A stretch of DNA of 62,971 nt, counting the filler, from Octopus bimaculoides (Eukaryota), in the NCBI RefSeq assembly GCF_001194135.2. It is 6 parts of 6 records of this genome, joined end to end, with 100 filler letters (N's around TTAATTAATTAA, not from the genome) between each part and the next. Parts side by side here need not be neighbours in the genome. Positions count along the whole stretch, not along the records: positions 11,256 to 38,663 come from NW_026343793.1; positions 38,764 to 55,576 come from NC_068986.1; 4 more parts are not named here. One strand, given 5' to 3'. Both the position numbers and the translations under genes were made by a program. The notes under the pieces are model-generated. The model did no database searches. It was not told the origin of the DNA and worked only from the letters and a program-made list of their open reading frames with translations. Shown piece after piece: positions 38,491 through 52,029 of this stretch; position 1 is the stretch's first letter; each line of letters begins with the position of its first letter.

Positions 38491-38551
38491 ATACGCCCAC
38501 CTCTCACTCGCTCCCTGTCCCCCCCTCTCTGTCTGTCTGTCTCTCTGTGTG

Positions 38552-38582
<31 letters not shown>

Positions 38583-38928
38583 ATATATATATATATATAT
38601 TTGTTTTGCAAGATTTATTGGCTAAACTGGCAATATGACCATCCCCAAGTACAACAACATATANNNNNNNNNNNNNNNNNNNNNNNNNNNNNNNNNNNNN
38701 NNNNNNNTTAATTAATTAANNNNNNNNNNNNNNNNNNNNNNNNNNNNNNNNNNNNNNNNNNNNTTTCTTTTGGTTTCTTAAACATTCACTTGAACAAAAC
38801 TGTACAAATCCAAATATATGGTACCCTAGGCATAACACCTACATGAACTTCTAACTTGTTGTCTCTTGAGGTCTCTGGGTGAGACTTGGATCCAACTTGT
38901 ACAAATGGAAAACAAAAGTCAAACATAA

Positions 38929-38989
<61 letters not shown>

Positions 38990-38996
38990 GTAATAA
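38929..38996. repeat. (AAT)n microsatellite
   Basis: Directly visible. Confidence 0.95.
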
Positions 38997-38999
38997 TGA

Positions 39000-39100
39000 T
39001 ATGACAGGGTTATGTCCCATATACAGTGGAAGCTTTGCGAACACTATGGAGTAGCAACAGAAAAACATGATGGTACTGGTATTTACCAGACATGTTGATG
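39000..39100 (+). mobile_element. Short R4/Dong-like (RLE-type) non-LTR fragment
   Basis: Reads YDRVMSHIQWKLCEHYG, then in a shifted frame WYWYLPD. This resembles the recalled HD.V...IHW.LC..YG...WY.H.P motif. Confidence 0.5.
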
Positions 39101-39554
39101 ATTTTGGCACATTGTCAGCAATTTGGGATGGAGAGAGGAGGGTGAATAGCCGATAACATATGACTAGACTAGCATTTGATGTTATCGATGAGAGGTTTCA
39201 GATAAGAGATGGCCTTCGGCAGCATTTGAACTGTAAATTAAAGAATTGGAAGAAATTCCGCAAAGCAATGTTTCCGGCGCTGATTACCTGTTTCAAATTT
39301 AGGTACGAGGTTAAAGATTTTCAAGGGATGGGTATTAGTTAGATTCTTCGACTCCAATACTTGACCTGGACTATATTTTATGGAGCACATTAGTATGATA
39401 AACTTATTCGCTTTCACAAGATTAGAGCTTGAAATATGGGAAAACGAATCAAATACTAACGATGTTCTAGGCTTCTGCTAATCGTTGCCCTGAACTTGGT
39501 GCATTGATGTGATAATAATATAATGATAATACAGAAATTGGCTACACACACACG

Positions 39555-39586
<32 letters not shown>

Positions 39587-41942
39587 TGGTGGAATTAACT
39601 CGATACCCAGCAATATCGGTCCTTAACCACAGTTAAGTACGCGTAAATATTCCGAGAGTCTGAGTCCGCAATGTTGCTGGGGGGAATTAGTTTTGACTGC
39701 ATAAAGGTTTGCACAGCACAAAACCCACTGCACTTCATGATATTTTTATATATAAGAGTCTGCATCTTGCTAGAAGGAAGTACTAATGAGAACTAAGGTC
39801 CTTCATTCCCAGGGGCTCACGTTTTAGTTAGCACGCATCTGGGACCCTAAGAGGTGATGCTAGTCCAGACTAGACCTGGTAACAATAGTGGCTAAAAGAT
39901 AAGTCCATACTCTTTAAAATGCTTATATAAATAGATGTATTATGTATGTATGTATGTATGTATGTATATGTGTATATGTGTGTGTCGGAGTGTGTGTGCG
40001 TATTTTGGAGTGTATATACGTTTAAGATATTTAGATCAGTGAGACAAAAATAATTTTTAATGAATAGAGTTTATACCCGTAATGAGACGAAGATGCCGTT
40101 ACTGTTCCTGCCAATTACTGTAATTAAAATAATATATATTTAATTATGTATTCAATTATTTACGTCTGCAAATAACTTTGGTCAGTTATTTCATGCCACA
40201 ACATTATTGCAAAGAGTGTAAAGGATTATTTTCATTTCTACTTGATGTAAAGGAGTTTTAATAAATATTTTTTTTCATTTTAACCTATTTTCAATTATCT
40301 GTAAAAATTTTAAAGTAATATTCAGAAATTTAAGTACTCTGGGACTTAATGCGTTAAACTACCGCTTTCTTTAGTATTAGGGTAATCTTTTATCACCAGA
40401 CCAGAATAAGGGGATTTCGCAAGCAGTCGATCTGGTGACAGTAATTTTCGGTGCTGGAGGAAAACACCCGTGTGCACGAGCAGAACCATGATTCAATAGT
40501 TAGAATGAGTGAGAGGATTAATGAGAGTGAAGGATAATGTAGAATGGGAGGGAGAGGGATAGACAATATAGTTATAAAAAACATTATAAGGACTATTACA
40601 ACAAACACTTTCCCTCTCATACAAATACACAAATATACAGGAATATGCGCACAACTGAAACCGAAAGAAATACAAAGAGAGAGAGAGAGACAAACAGACA
40701 GAGAAAAGGCAGGAAGAGACAGAAAAAGGAGGTGAGTGAGATAGTGTGAGCGTGAGAGAAGAGGTTGGAGATAAGTGACACATTGAAACGTGAAACAAAT
40801 ATGTCTGTATCGAGTCATCCACGCCATATTTTGGCACATAAACTGTTGTGCCGAAATGTCCAGTACCATACTTTGAACTTGCGGTTCTCATGATTGCTCC
40901 TCACAGTGACTTGGGGGTAACGAAAACCTTCTTCCCTCTTCATCTATATTTTGTACTACAAATTCTTGCAATAAAAGAAACGCACAAAGCTCTTCCTGCA
41001 CATGTTTAAACCCCACTGAAATTTCATTTGCGCTTCTTCTTTATGCTTTCACCAACATGCAAATGTACAACCAAAAGGTTATCTCATTCATCTCACTACT
41101 TTCAGTGTTCTTTAAGGACCATACATACAGCCCATTCATTCAGACACCCGCCTCCAAGATACACGAATGATTTGATGTATAGAAGAAGGAGCTGCCTGTC
41201 AGGCCCATGTGTATTTTCTAGCAACATATCAATATCGAAGAAATGAGTTCATAGATCTTTCATTCAAACGTCAACATCACGAGCGTAACAACCGCTCCTT
41301 CTACTGTCACAACCGAATGACTTAACTCACTGCCGGGTGAATTTAGTGACTGGAGAAGCAAGGGGTTGTCCACGAATATTATGTGCGCAATGTCAGATAA
41401 AACATGGGTTTATAGTATCATGAAATTATGCGGTCGCTATATTGCAGAGTAATTTCACATCATTTCACGGTTTCCAAATCAAATTGTAAATTAGATTTTA
41501 GAAAAAAAGATATCTTATTTTCATGGATTGATAGAGGGTTAAATTATTCTTGAGAAATATCAATACGGAGACCATTTAGGGATGACTTGCGACAAAATAT
41601 TGCCATGCATTAAATCGTGTGAAGTGCTGCGCGAATACTAATATTCATTAAATTTTTCTAACGGGTTGACACATTCGTTTGAGAGAAAGACCGATTGAAA
41701 GAAGCTGTTCGAAGAAGCTGTTGAAACAAGCTGAAAGAAGATGCTAAATGAAATTTAACTCGCATATAAATATTGCGCTACATTTGTACATTGTCAGATG
41801 TATGTATGTGCCATTTAAAGTAAAACTGAATATTCGTATACGCCAAAATTGATGACAGAACAATGACAGGTGGTGAGTGTCTCATCGAAAATGACGGTTC
41901 TGCATGTATGTATTGAACGAATGATGATGAAGATGCTGCTGC

Positions 41943-41978
<36 letters not shown>

Positions 41979-42439
41979 CGACAATGATTTCATTAAACAA
42001 GCATGTTATTGCTTTATCCGCTGACATGCGCTGTCAAGTAATAAGGATGATTCAAAGGTTACGAGATGAAATTCTGATTACACCTGAAAAATACCTTCTT
42101 TCTATCTTCGTTTGTCCTTTTATTAACGTGTTTTTATTCGTATTGAAGAATGCTAGCTGATATTTCTTTCCAAATCACTGCGTTCTACGTTCCAATTCCC
42201 CACGGAGTTGACTTAGCCTACCGGTATTTCGAGATCAAGAAAATAAGTACCAGTCGTGGGTAGCTCAAGCTTGCAATCCTTGTGCGCACAGCAGATAAGA
42301 TTATTGTTGTTGTTGCTGCTATTGTCACATTATGTTGTAAGTACAGCATATATTACAGACGCTATTATACTTCATTTATCTTTGTCTCGGGTATGTTACT
42401 TCCTTATGATTTAAAGAATGCTTTGTGACCTCGATTATG

Positions 42440-43305
42440 TGTTTCAAATTTTGGCATAAGGTCAGCACTTTCAGGAGTCGAGTTAAGTCGATTAGTTCGA
42501 CTCCAGTGCTCAGCTGAAGTTTATTTTATCGACCCCGGAAGGATGAAAGGCAAATTCGACCTTGGCGATATTTGAACTCTTGGAAAATAAAGACAGACGA
42601 AATACCGCTAAGTATTTCGCTCTCCGTGCTAAGTTTTCTGCCAGCTCGCCACATTCCTAAGCTGAAATATTCTTTTCTATTCTACGTACAAGACCCGAAA
42701 TTTTGGGTGAGGGGAACAGGCGATTAGACCAACCCCAATACGCAAGTAGTATTTACTTTATCGATCCCGAAGGATGGAAGGCAAATTCGACCTCGGCGAA
42801 ATTTGAACTCGGAACGTAGACAGACAAAATACCGTTAAGCATTTCGGCCGGCGTGCTAACGTTTGTTATTTCTTTATTGCCCACAAGGGGCTAAACATAG
42901 AGGGGACAAACAAGGGAAGACAACGGGATTAAGTCGCTTACATTGACTCCAGTGCGTAACTGGTACTTAATTTATCGACCCCGAAAGGATGAAAGGCAGA
43001 GTCGACATCGCCGAAATTTGAACTCAGAACCTAACGGCAGGCGAAATACCGCTAAGCATTTCGCCCGGCGTGGTAACGTTTCTGCCAGCTTGCGGCCTTC
43101 CTAAAGTCAAATATTCTTTTCTACTCTAGGTACAAGGTCTGAAATTTTTGGGGAGGGGGACAGTCGATTAGATCGACACCAGTACACAACGAGTACTTAA
43201 GTTATCGACCCTAAAGGATAAGAAGCAAAGTAGACCTCGGTGGAATTTGAACTCAGAACATAAAGACAGACGAAATACCGCTAAGCATTTCGTCCGGCGT
43301 GCTAA
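42440..43305 (-). mobile_element. Tandem array of four tRNA-derived SINE family C copies
   Basis: Four repeats of tatcgaccccgaaaggatgaaaggcaaa.tcgacc..ggc.gaatttgaactc..gaaataccg.taagcatttcg at about 42530, 42760, 42970 and 43200. Confidence 0.9.
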
Positions 43306-43899
43306 NNNNNNNNNNNNNNNNNNNNNNNNNNNNNNNNNNNNNNNNNNNNNNNNNNNNNNNNNNNNNNNNNNNNNNNNNNNNNNNNNNNNNNNNNNNNNNN
43401 NNNNNNNNNNNNNNNNNNNNNNNNNNNNNNNNNNNNNNNNNNNNNNNNNNNNNNNNNNNNNNNNNNNNNNNNNNNNNNNNNNNNNNNNNNNNNNNNNNNN
43501 NNNNNNNNNNNNNNNNNNNNNNNNNNNNNNNNNNNNNNNNNNNNNNNNNNNNNNNNNNNNNNNNNNNNNNNNNNNNNNNNNNNNNNNNNNNNNNNNNNNN
43601 NNNNNNNNNNNNNNNNNNNNNNNNNNNNNNNNNNNNNNNNNNNNNNNNNNNNNNNNNNNNNNNNNNNNNNNNNNNNNNNNNNNNNNNNNNNNNNNNNNNN
43701 NNNNNNNNNNNNNNNNNNNNNNNNNNNNNNNNNNNNNNNNNNNNNNNNNNNNNNNNNNNNNNNNNNNNNNNNNNNNNNNNNNNNNNNNNNNNNNNNNNNN
43801 NNNNNNNNNNNNNNNNNNNNNNNNNNNNNNNNNNNNNNNNNNNNNNNNNNNNNNNNNNNNNNNNNNNNNNNNNNNNNNNNNNNNNNNNNNNNNNNNNNN

Positions 43900-43933
<34 letters not shown>

Positions 43934-43975
43934 TGTGTGGGTGTGTGTGTGTGTGTGTTTATATAAGTACACATG

Positions 43976-44822
43976 TAAGACATTCGTTGGACCAAAAATA
44001 CTAATTCCTTTCTCTCTTTATTGGTTGCCCAAAGGAAGAATAACAGTAAATACAAAATTTATTATGTGGCACCTTGAACAAGCAAAATGGCATCTGCGCA
44101 GGAAAGCAAAATTAATAATTAATTATAGACGCATAATTGTGGATACATTTGTGCATGTGTGTGTTGTGTGTGTGTATGTGTATGTGTGTGTTTGTGTGTG
44201 ATGTTATAGTCTCTTGTAATATCAAATATCTTATGAAGTACCATATTGTCACTTCTCATTTTTCATGTCTGCAATGCCGGAGTAATTCATAATAATAGAG
44301 TCATTGAGGAATTTGGGGCTAGAACCAACGTATTCTGTATCCAAATATTTCAAGAGGTAAATTATAAATTCTTCATGGAAACAGAAAATAAAAGAAAAAA
44401 TGAGATTCTGTTATTTTCTACTAATATTATCGTTTAGGTTAATTACTTTATGGAGAGACAGGAATAATTACACTTGTACACATATGCATTCAGATTTTAC
44501 GCTAAATCGCTAATTAACACTATTTCTAATAAACATTACACGATACTTATCACATTCGCTGTTTTTGCAAACTCAAACACACACACATACACACACTTAC
44601 ACACACACACACTTACACATATACTTACACACACAACACACACATGCACAAATGTATTCACAATCATACGTCTAGAATTACTATTAATTTTGCTTTCCTG
44701 CGCAGGTGCCATTTTGCTTGTTCAAGGTGCCACATAATAAATTTTGTATTTAGCGTTATTCTTTCTTTGGGCAACAAATAAAGAGACAAATAATTCGTAT
44801 TGTTCGTCGAACGAATTTCTTA
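43976..44822. repeat. Long inverted repeat (arms about 43976-44200 and 44578-44822, spacer about 375 bp)
   Basis: Core 44047-44117 equals the reverse complement of 44682-44752 at 70 of 71 positions; flanks are more diverged. Confidence 0.9.
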
Positions 44823-45002
44823 TTCACAAAGATATAGATATACCGTTCCGTATACATTCTTTTTCTGTGATTTTCTTTCCTACTTTATTGGTAAGCGTTA
44901 GCGATATATCTAATCGTCTTATATATTCCAATATATACAAACAGCTTAAAAGATGGAGTTTATATTTTCCATGAAAGAAAACATTGTTGTTGTTGTTGTT
45001 GT

Positions 45003-45005
45003 CCT

Positions 45006-45067
<62 letters not shown>

Positions 45068-45078
45068 TTCTTCGTCTT

Positions 45079-45107
<29 letters not shown>
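45003..45107. repeat. (CTT)n microsatellite
   Basis: Directly visible. It is the source of the poly-K/R/L pseudo-ORFs. Confidence 0.95.
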
Positions 45108-45109
<2 letters not shown>

Positions 45110-48100
45110 GCCAAGAATTCACAAACACCTCGAACCCACAAGAGTTAACAAGTGTAACAGAGACAGACAGAAACAAGAAAAATATCCCTGTTATTTGAAT
45201 ACTATACAAATATGTCTTTAAAAAGACTTTTCTTTTAAATTTACCAACATTTTAAAGTTTTCAAAAATTTATTATTCATATTTACTGTTGAAAAGATTTC
45301 TAGGATCGAAAGCGTTACTGTAATGTTCTTTATAAAAGTATTTTAGCATTTTCTACTTTGTCTTTTTTCCACACNNNNNNNNNNNNNNNNNNNNNNNNNN
45401 NNNNNNNNNNNNNNNNNNNNNNNNNNNNNNNNNNNNNNNNNNNNNNNNNNNNNNNNNNATATATATATATATATAATGCATGCATGCATGTAAGCGTAGT
45501 CTTTATTTTCATTTACCATTTACCAAATACCACCTTTTCTTTTTGCATGTATAAAATTGTGTATGTACGTGTTTGTTGGGGTGGTGATGCCTGTGTTTTG
45601 AATGATCTATCATTTACATATTTCACCATTTTTAGAAAGTTAATAAGTTAATATTTAATTACGTCATAATACAATATAAAAAAGAGAAATTGAAAGGGAG
45701 ATAATTGGATGAGCTAATATACAATTTCTAGAATATCTTTAGAAAATGTTGCAATGTATTAATGTTACAGAACATTGATGTGCCTTGTGAGAACCATTGA
45801 TGTTCTTGAATATTCTTTATATCTCCAATCTTACAACATACACTGTCATTGTAATACGATAATGTCTTTCCTCCATACATAAAATTGCTATGAAATTACA
45901 TTTCTCGACCTTATATGATAGATAGGAATTTTACTTTTTCTAATCCTGAAAATGTATGCCCATTGATGAAATCACTTATAGAAGACAATGCGCCACGAAA
46001 GCTGTATGTTATAAGATTAACATCACTGCATCTATCTCTGTGATGATTAGTAAAGGTCGAATTTTCGCGAAAGCAAGAAAATTCAATTTGCTATGAAATA
46101 GCTTCGAACTTACTTAAAATTATCCTCACATTTGTTTTTGTAAGTCTTTAACGATTCCATTTAGATTTATTTTCTGTCTTCCTGTAAGAAGTATATTACT
46201 ATTCATTAGAGAGTTTCTGCATTTTGTGTATAACATCCAAAACATCATAACCTCCCAGATATATGTAAATATGGAATGTTTGAATGGTTCTATCAACCAA
46301 TACCAATACCAATCGACAATGAGTCACACCCATCTTACCTCTCCCTCGTTGAATACTTTACTTATTATACGTTTTCTGTTCTGTGTTATTTCTTATACCA
46401 AAAAACAAAAAAACAAAAACAAGAAAGCGATATTGGATATCATTTTACGATTTACTTAAAATTTATGATGGACTATATACCATTGTTAGCAAAAATCTGT
46501 GCAACATGATGGTTAGTATCATAAAACGCTGACACGAGCAACGTCATCAGCTGCGAAACCGACCCTTTTAGCATATAAATTTTAGACCACAGGATTAGAA
46601 ATTAGCTGGTACTTCCGCTTAATTTGCTGTAAAGAAAAGCGATAATGGAGTTTTACAAGAAATTCGCGCAGGAAACATATTCGCTATTCTTCCCTAAATT
46701 TTCATAATAAATAAGCAATCATTTTATTTGTTTTTAATATGATAGTTTTTTTTTCTTTTGTTTTAATCCATATCAGCGATGTACAAAGTTCCATTTAAAG
46801 CGGCATCCAGAAAGAGAGAAATAAAATATACGTATCTTGCTCAGTGGAAATCCTGAGATCAACCGAAAGGGAATTAACGAGAAAGATTTATTTATAAGCC
46901 CTTAAGACTAAGATATTTAAGTTTGACATAACGGGTCTCGACACACGAATTATATTTCTGATCTTGTGTCGCTACACGATTTATATAATTACAAGGTAGA
47001 GACGTTGGACAATGACAACACTGAAGGGATAAGACGCAGCCATAATGCATTCGACATTTCAAAATGCCAATAGTTTAATAGAAGCTTTTACGATATTATG
47101 TCATGCTCTTGAGATGTAATGAAGAAAATTATAAAGACAAAGTATTAAGGAATTTACACGGGATAGATACTGCATCAATAGCACGCAGTAGTTTAGTACA
47201 AGCCTATAAAAATAGCTGACAAGCCAACAAGGAAGACTTTTAAGACATTTCTAAATAAATTGTACGCTAACTTAAAGAAAAAGCCGAACACACAAATTAC
47301 AGTATGGAGTTCCACATAGAAAATTGATGGAGAAAAAAGATGGCGTGTACAAAGCTTAAAAGTCATGAGTTAAGTGTGAGTAAACCTTCATCATGTGAGC
47401 AGTACCGAATTCAAACTGAATGAATACTAATGCAATAGCAAAAAGTGTATTGTAAAAAGCAAATAATTGTTTTCTCTTATCAAAATATCTAGAAATATTG
47501 TCTGGGAGATACCTAAACATAAAAGTGTTATTTGCAAAATAACTAAGAGCAGAACAACTTGATCGCAACTCCGAAATATATTCTAACTGAACAGAATTAT
47601 ATTACTAGGAACGTCTGGGACATATTCTTTCTTCATATAACATAACTATAAGTATCGGTGATGAAATGTTTGTATGCTAAAGTCTAGACACAATTTATTT
47701 TTTGGGATAATCTACACACGTTTTCTCTTGTTGCTTTCAGCCGCAACATTCCCGGTTTATTTCCGATGTTACTATAGGAGCACTAACCTTTTCTTTTTGG
47801 TTGCTTGGCAGTGGGACTGTTCTCATGAAACCAAAACTTACCTGCGATTAGTTGAGATCGTAGGACAAAAAACAACGTGTCATGTATGCTTTAGCCTTAA
47901 TACTTTTCGCTATAATACGCACAAGTGTGTCTCTTGACAGCAGGAACTACCGCTAGAGATGAATTGTTAGTAGCAAAATCGAATGGAGAATTTAGCCTCT
48001 TAAAATTACCAGAACTACCGAACTACACACTTTCCACAGCATTAAGTTTAATACTTTCTACAGTGCATTAAAATAGTAGAACAAAGGAAAGGAAAGTTGT

Positions 48101-48353
48101 TGGAGGAGGAACTGACGGATGCGGTCGAGATGTCAACTAATATAAAGTGGTCCTCAACCACATTACACGAAGAGAGAACTGATGTATTCCAACGAGTACC
48201 ATATAGACTGCAGCGAAAATAGATATGTAACGAAATTTTGAAAGTTCATTGTATGAATGCGGAAAAGGGACACAAAGCAGTATATATATGCATGTATACA
48301 TATTAATGTATGTCTTTCTGTCTGTCTATATATCTATGTATGTATGTATGTAT

Positions 48354-48693
<340 letters not shown>

Positions 48694-49866
48694 ATGATAA
48701 CGGCTCTCACGGCTTCTGGTCTTAATTGATTGGAATTGTTATCATGTACACGATTTGTCTTGGTATAAAAGATGAACTATTCGACCTGAATAAAATTCTA
48801 ACTGAGCCCCTCCCGCAGTGTCATGCACTGTTTTTTTTATATATATGGGATCATCATATCGCGTGTATATGCCTGCGGTGTATGTTCCTGGTGTACCCTT
48901 ATCAGACGCAGAATCATGATAGGTACATTGAACTTCGTAAATTTGTAATCCAGTTTCATATTGATAGCATGCCTTGCTCTCTCACTCACTTAATAATAAT
49001 AATAATAATAATGATGACGATGATATTGTTCCTGGATCGTTTGTCGGTTTGTTATATATTCCACTTCTCTGATTTAACGAACCGTCTTTTATGATTTATA
49101 GAATTTAAGGTTAATTATTAAGCAGACACATATAATCCACACCAAATCCCTCATTTAGCCACACGTAATGCACGATAAAGGAGTTTTTGTTTCAGAAATC
49201 ACCGAGGCATTCCACAGTTTTCATTGTCGTCAAATTTCCAGGACAGGCTTAATCAAAATGACCCAATGTTATGCTACAAAGAATTTAAACAATAGAATCG
49301 AACCCCACACCTCATTATTATTGAGCAAACTTCTTGAACCACAAAGCCACACCTACATCGAAATACAATACTCTTTACACGTAACCATCACATACACGAT
49401 AACATACACACTAAGTCAATATTCAACTCTGCCATTGTGCCGTCAGGAGACAAAAATGAAGTCAACGAAACGTAGACAATAAATTAGATTGCCGGATTTT
49501 CTTTGGGTTTACCAAAGCGTAAATACTTTTCTATGTAATACAGAAGTTATTTCAATGTTCAATGGTATATTTATCTTATTATTTTTAACGGCTTTTTTTT
49601 TTATTTTATTGAGATTTCATTTTGTGGTATTTTAAATATTCGAATTTAAATAGAAACTTATATTTGCTGAATTTAAGAGCACGTGCGTCTGTATGATATG
49701 AGTATGTGGGTAGGTAGGTATGTATGCATGCACACACACGCACACCCACGCACGGAAACGCACGCACACACTCATGCATATAGACGTGCACATAAACACA
49801 CATTCACGCACACATGTGTAAACATTTTAAGAAACATAAATTAGAGATAGCTAAAATACCAATTAA

Positions 49867-49936
<70 letters not shown>

Positions 49937-50065
49937 CTATCTCTATCTCTCTCTCTCTCTCTTTGTAAGTATGTAATTTAATATGTGTGTGTAGTGCGTA
50001 TGTCTACGTATATATGCATATGGATAGGTAGATAGGTATAGATATATACATACATGAAAACATGC

Positions 50066-50138
<73 letters not shown>

Positions 50139-50865
50139 TATACATGCCTACACATAAGCGTGCACATACATTTTTGCATATGCTTCTTTGTGTGTAAGTG
50201 TGTATGCACATTCATGCACACTCAAACATACACANNNNNNNNNNNNNNNNNNNNNNNNNNNNNNNNNNNNNNNNNNNNNNNNNNNNNNNNNNNNNNNNNN
50301 NNNNNNNNNNNNNNNNNNNNNNNNNNNNNNNNNNNNNNNNNNNNNNNNNNNNNNNNNNNNNNNNNNNNNNNNNNNNNNNNNNNNNNNATATATATATATA
50401 TATATATATATAAAGAGAGAGAGAAATAAAGAGAAGGTCGGCAGAGGCAGAGACAGGAACAAAGAGAGACCGAAAGAGAAGGAGATATAGATAGTGAGAG
50501 AGAGTGATATATAGAGAGAAAGAGAAAGAGAGAGACACATATACATTTATACAAACACGCATTATACAAACACACATACAAATCCAGTCATATGGAAATA
50601 TTACAAGATACATAAATTAGAGATAACTAAAATAAGACCAATTGAATCTCAGATTTTACACCATCGTTATTCTGACTTGAAACTGCAATATTTTCAAATG
50701 AAATGAACCGTTAGTGGGAATAATTTTCACAAATATATCCTTACCAGCGTTAGAACCTTTCAGTACTTGTCTTTCAAATAGTTTTTACATCAGTTACTTG
50801 TCTTATTGCACAAATGTGAAATATCCATGATATTTCTTACTGCTGTACAATACTGTGTTAAGAGA

Positions 50866-51829
50866 CAGTGTTACTTCGCGGTACGAACTCGCTTTACAAT
50901 TCAATTTTCTCCATTGAATTAACTGAGCTATAATTAATCCGTTCCAGCCCCTCAAAACCTATTCAAAAATAGGGTTTTATGGGTTTTAAAACAAAAATAG
51001 GTGTACTTACAACTGAAATGATGATTATGAAAAAGAAAATGCAAAACAAATATGTTAACTGGTTTTATTAATTATACTAGAAGCTAAACCCGGTTTCACC
51101 CTGTCGGTTTAGATGATGTGGCTGTAAAACCTGCTCTGTGTAAGCATTCCACTTGTTTGGGCACGCTTACATTAAAAAACAATTTTAGAATGAATTTTTG
51201 CTGTCAAGACGCTAAAAATAACTGACCAACAAAAATAAAACAACCAATATTAAACCAAAAAAGATAATTAATCCAAATACTAAGCGAAAAATGATGAACC
51301 ATCCCACTTCTTTTGCACGTGTACACGCACGCACACATTCACATACCCTCCTTTTACATACACACACGTACGTTCCCACAGAGTTGAAACGTTCTTTGAT
51401 TTATTTTTTCAGCATACAATTTTCATCATCCTGCTACTAAGTAAGACATCACCTCTTCCTTCCTTATTCATCTATCACCCCTTTCTTTCTCATTCATAAA
51501 CACAAGAGTATTATAGAAGATTATCTCGGTAACCATGGGAGCAATGAAAAATACAAAGCTCAGCATCACCACCGGATCATTCAACACATCTTTGTGTTTT
51601 TTTGCGCAATTCCACCCAGCCGTTTGGCTGTGAATCCCAAGACAAGAAGTAATTGCACACGTCACATTTATATGTATTGATTAACTGTATTACCTTGAAA
51701 ATTGGATGATTATATGCTTGTACTGCGGATTTCTGCTCGTTCTTCAAGACAAAAATTCGTAGAGATCTTTGCTCGTACAGCAAATTACTCGTACAATGGG
51801 ACACTCGTATTGCGAGGTTCTACTACACT
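50866..51829 (-). mobile_element. Possible decayed pogo/Tigger-like element
   Basis: Degenerate TIRs cagtgttacttcgcggtacga (50866) versus the reverse complement of ctcgtattgcgaggttctacta (51806-51829), about 15 of 21 matches. It contains ttaatccgttccag and an internal Helentron-like 5' end (actagaagctaaacccgg, about 51075). Confidence 0.4.
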
Positions 51830-52029
51830 ACATCGAGGAAAACTCACTGGAGTAGTTTATTCTGTTTCATCTGAGAGTTTTTGTCAGTTTTGTACGGCTT
51901 CATCTCTTGTCAATTGTTGAACTTTTTTTTTCCAGTTTCATTCTAACAACTTTTATATTTTGAGTAATATCGATTTCTGTCTAAGCTATGTGTTATTGAG
52001 ATAGGTGTGCTAAAAAAAATATTTCCAGA

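Noticed and set aside
41160-41200. Minus-strand SFVYLGG resembling an RT YLG motif
   Set aside because: No flanking RT motifs recognisable.
44946-45209. Poly-R/K/L ORFs
   Set aside because: (CTT)n microsatellite.
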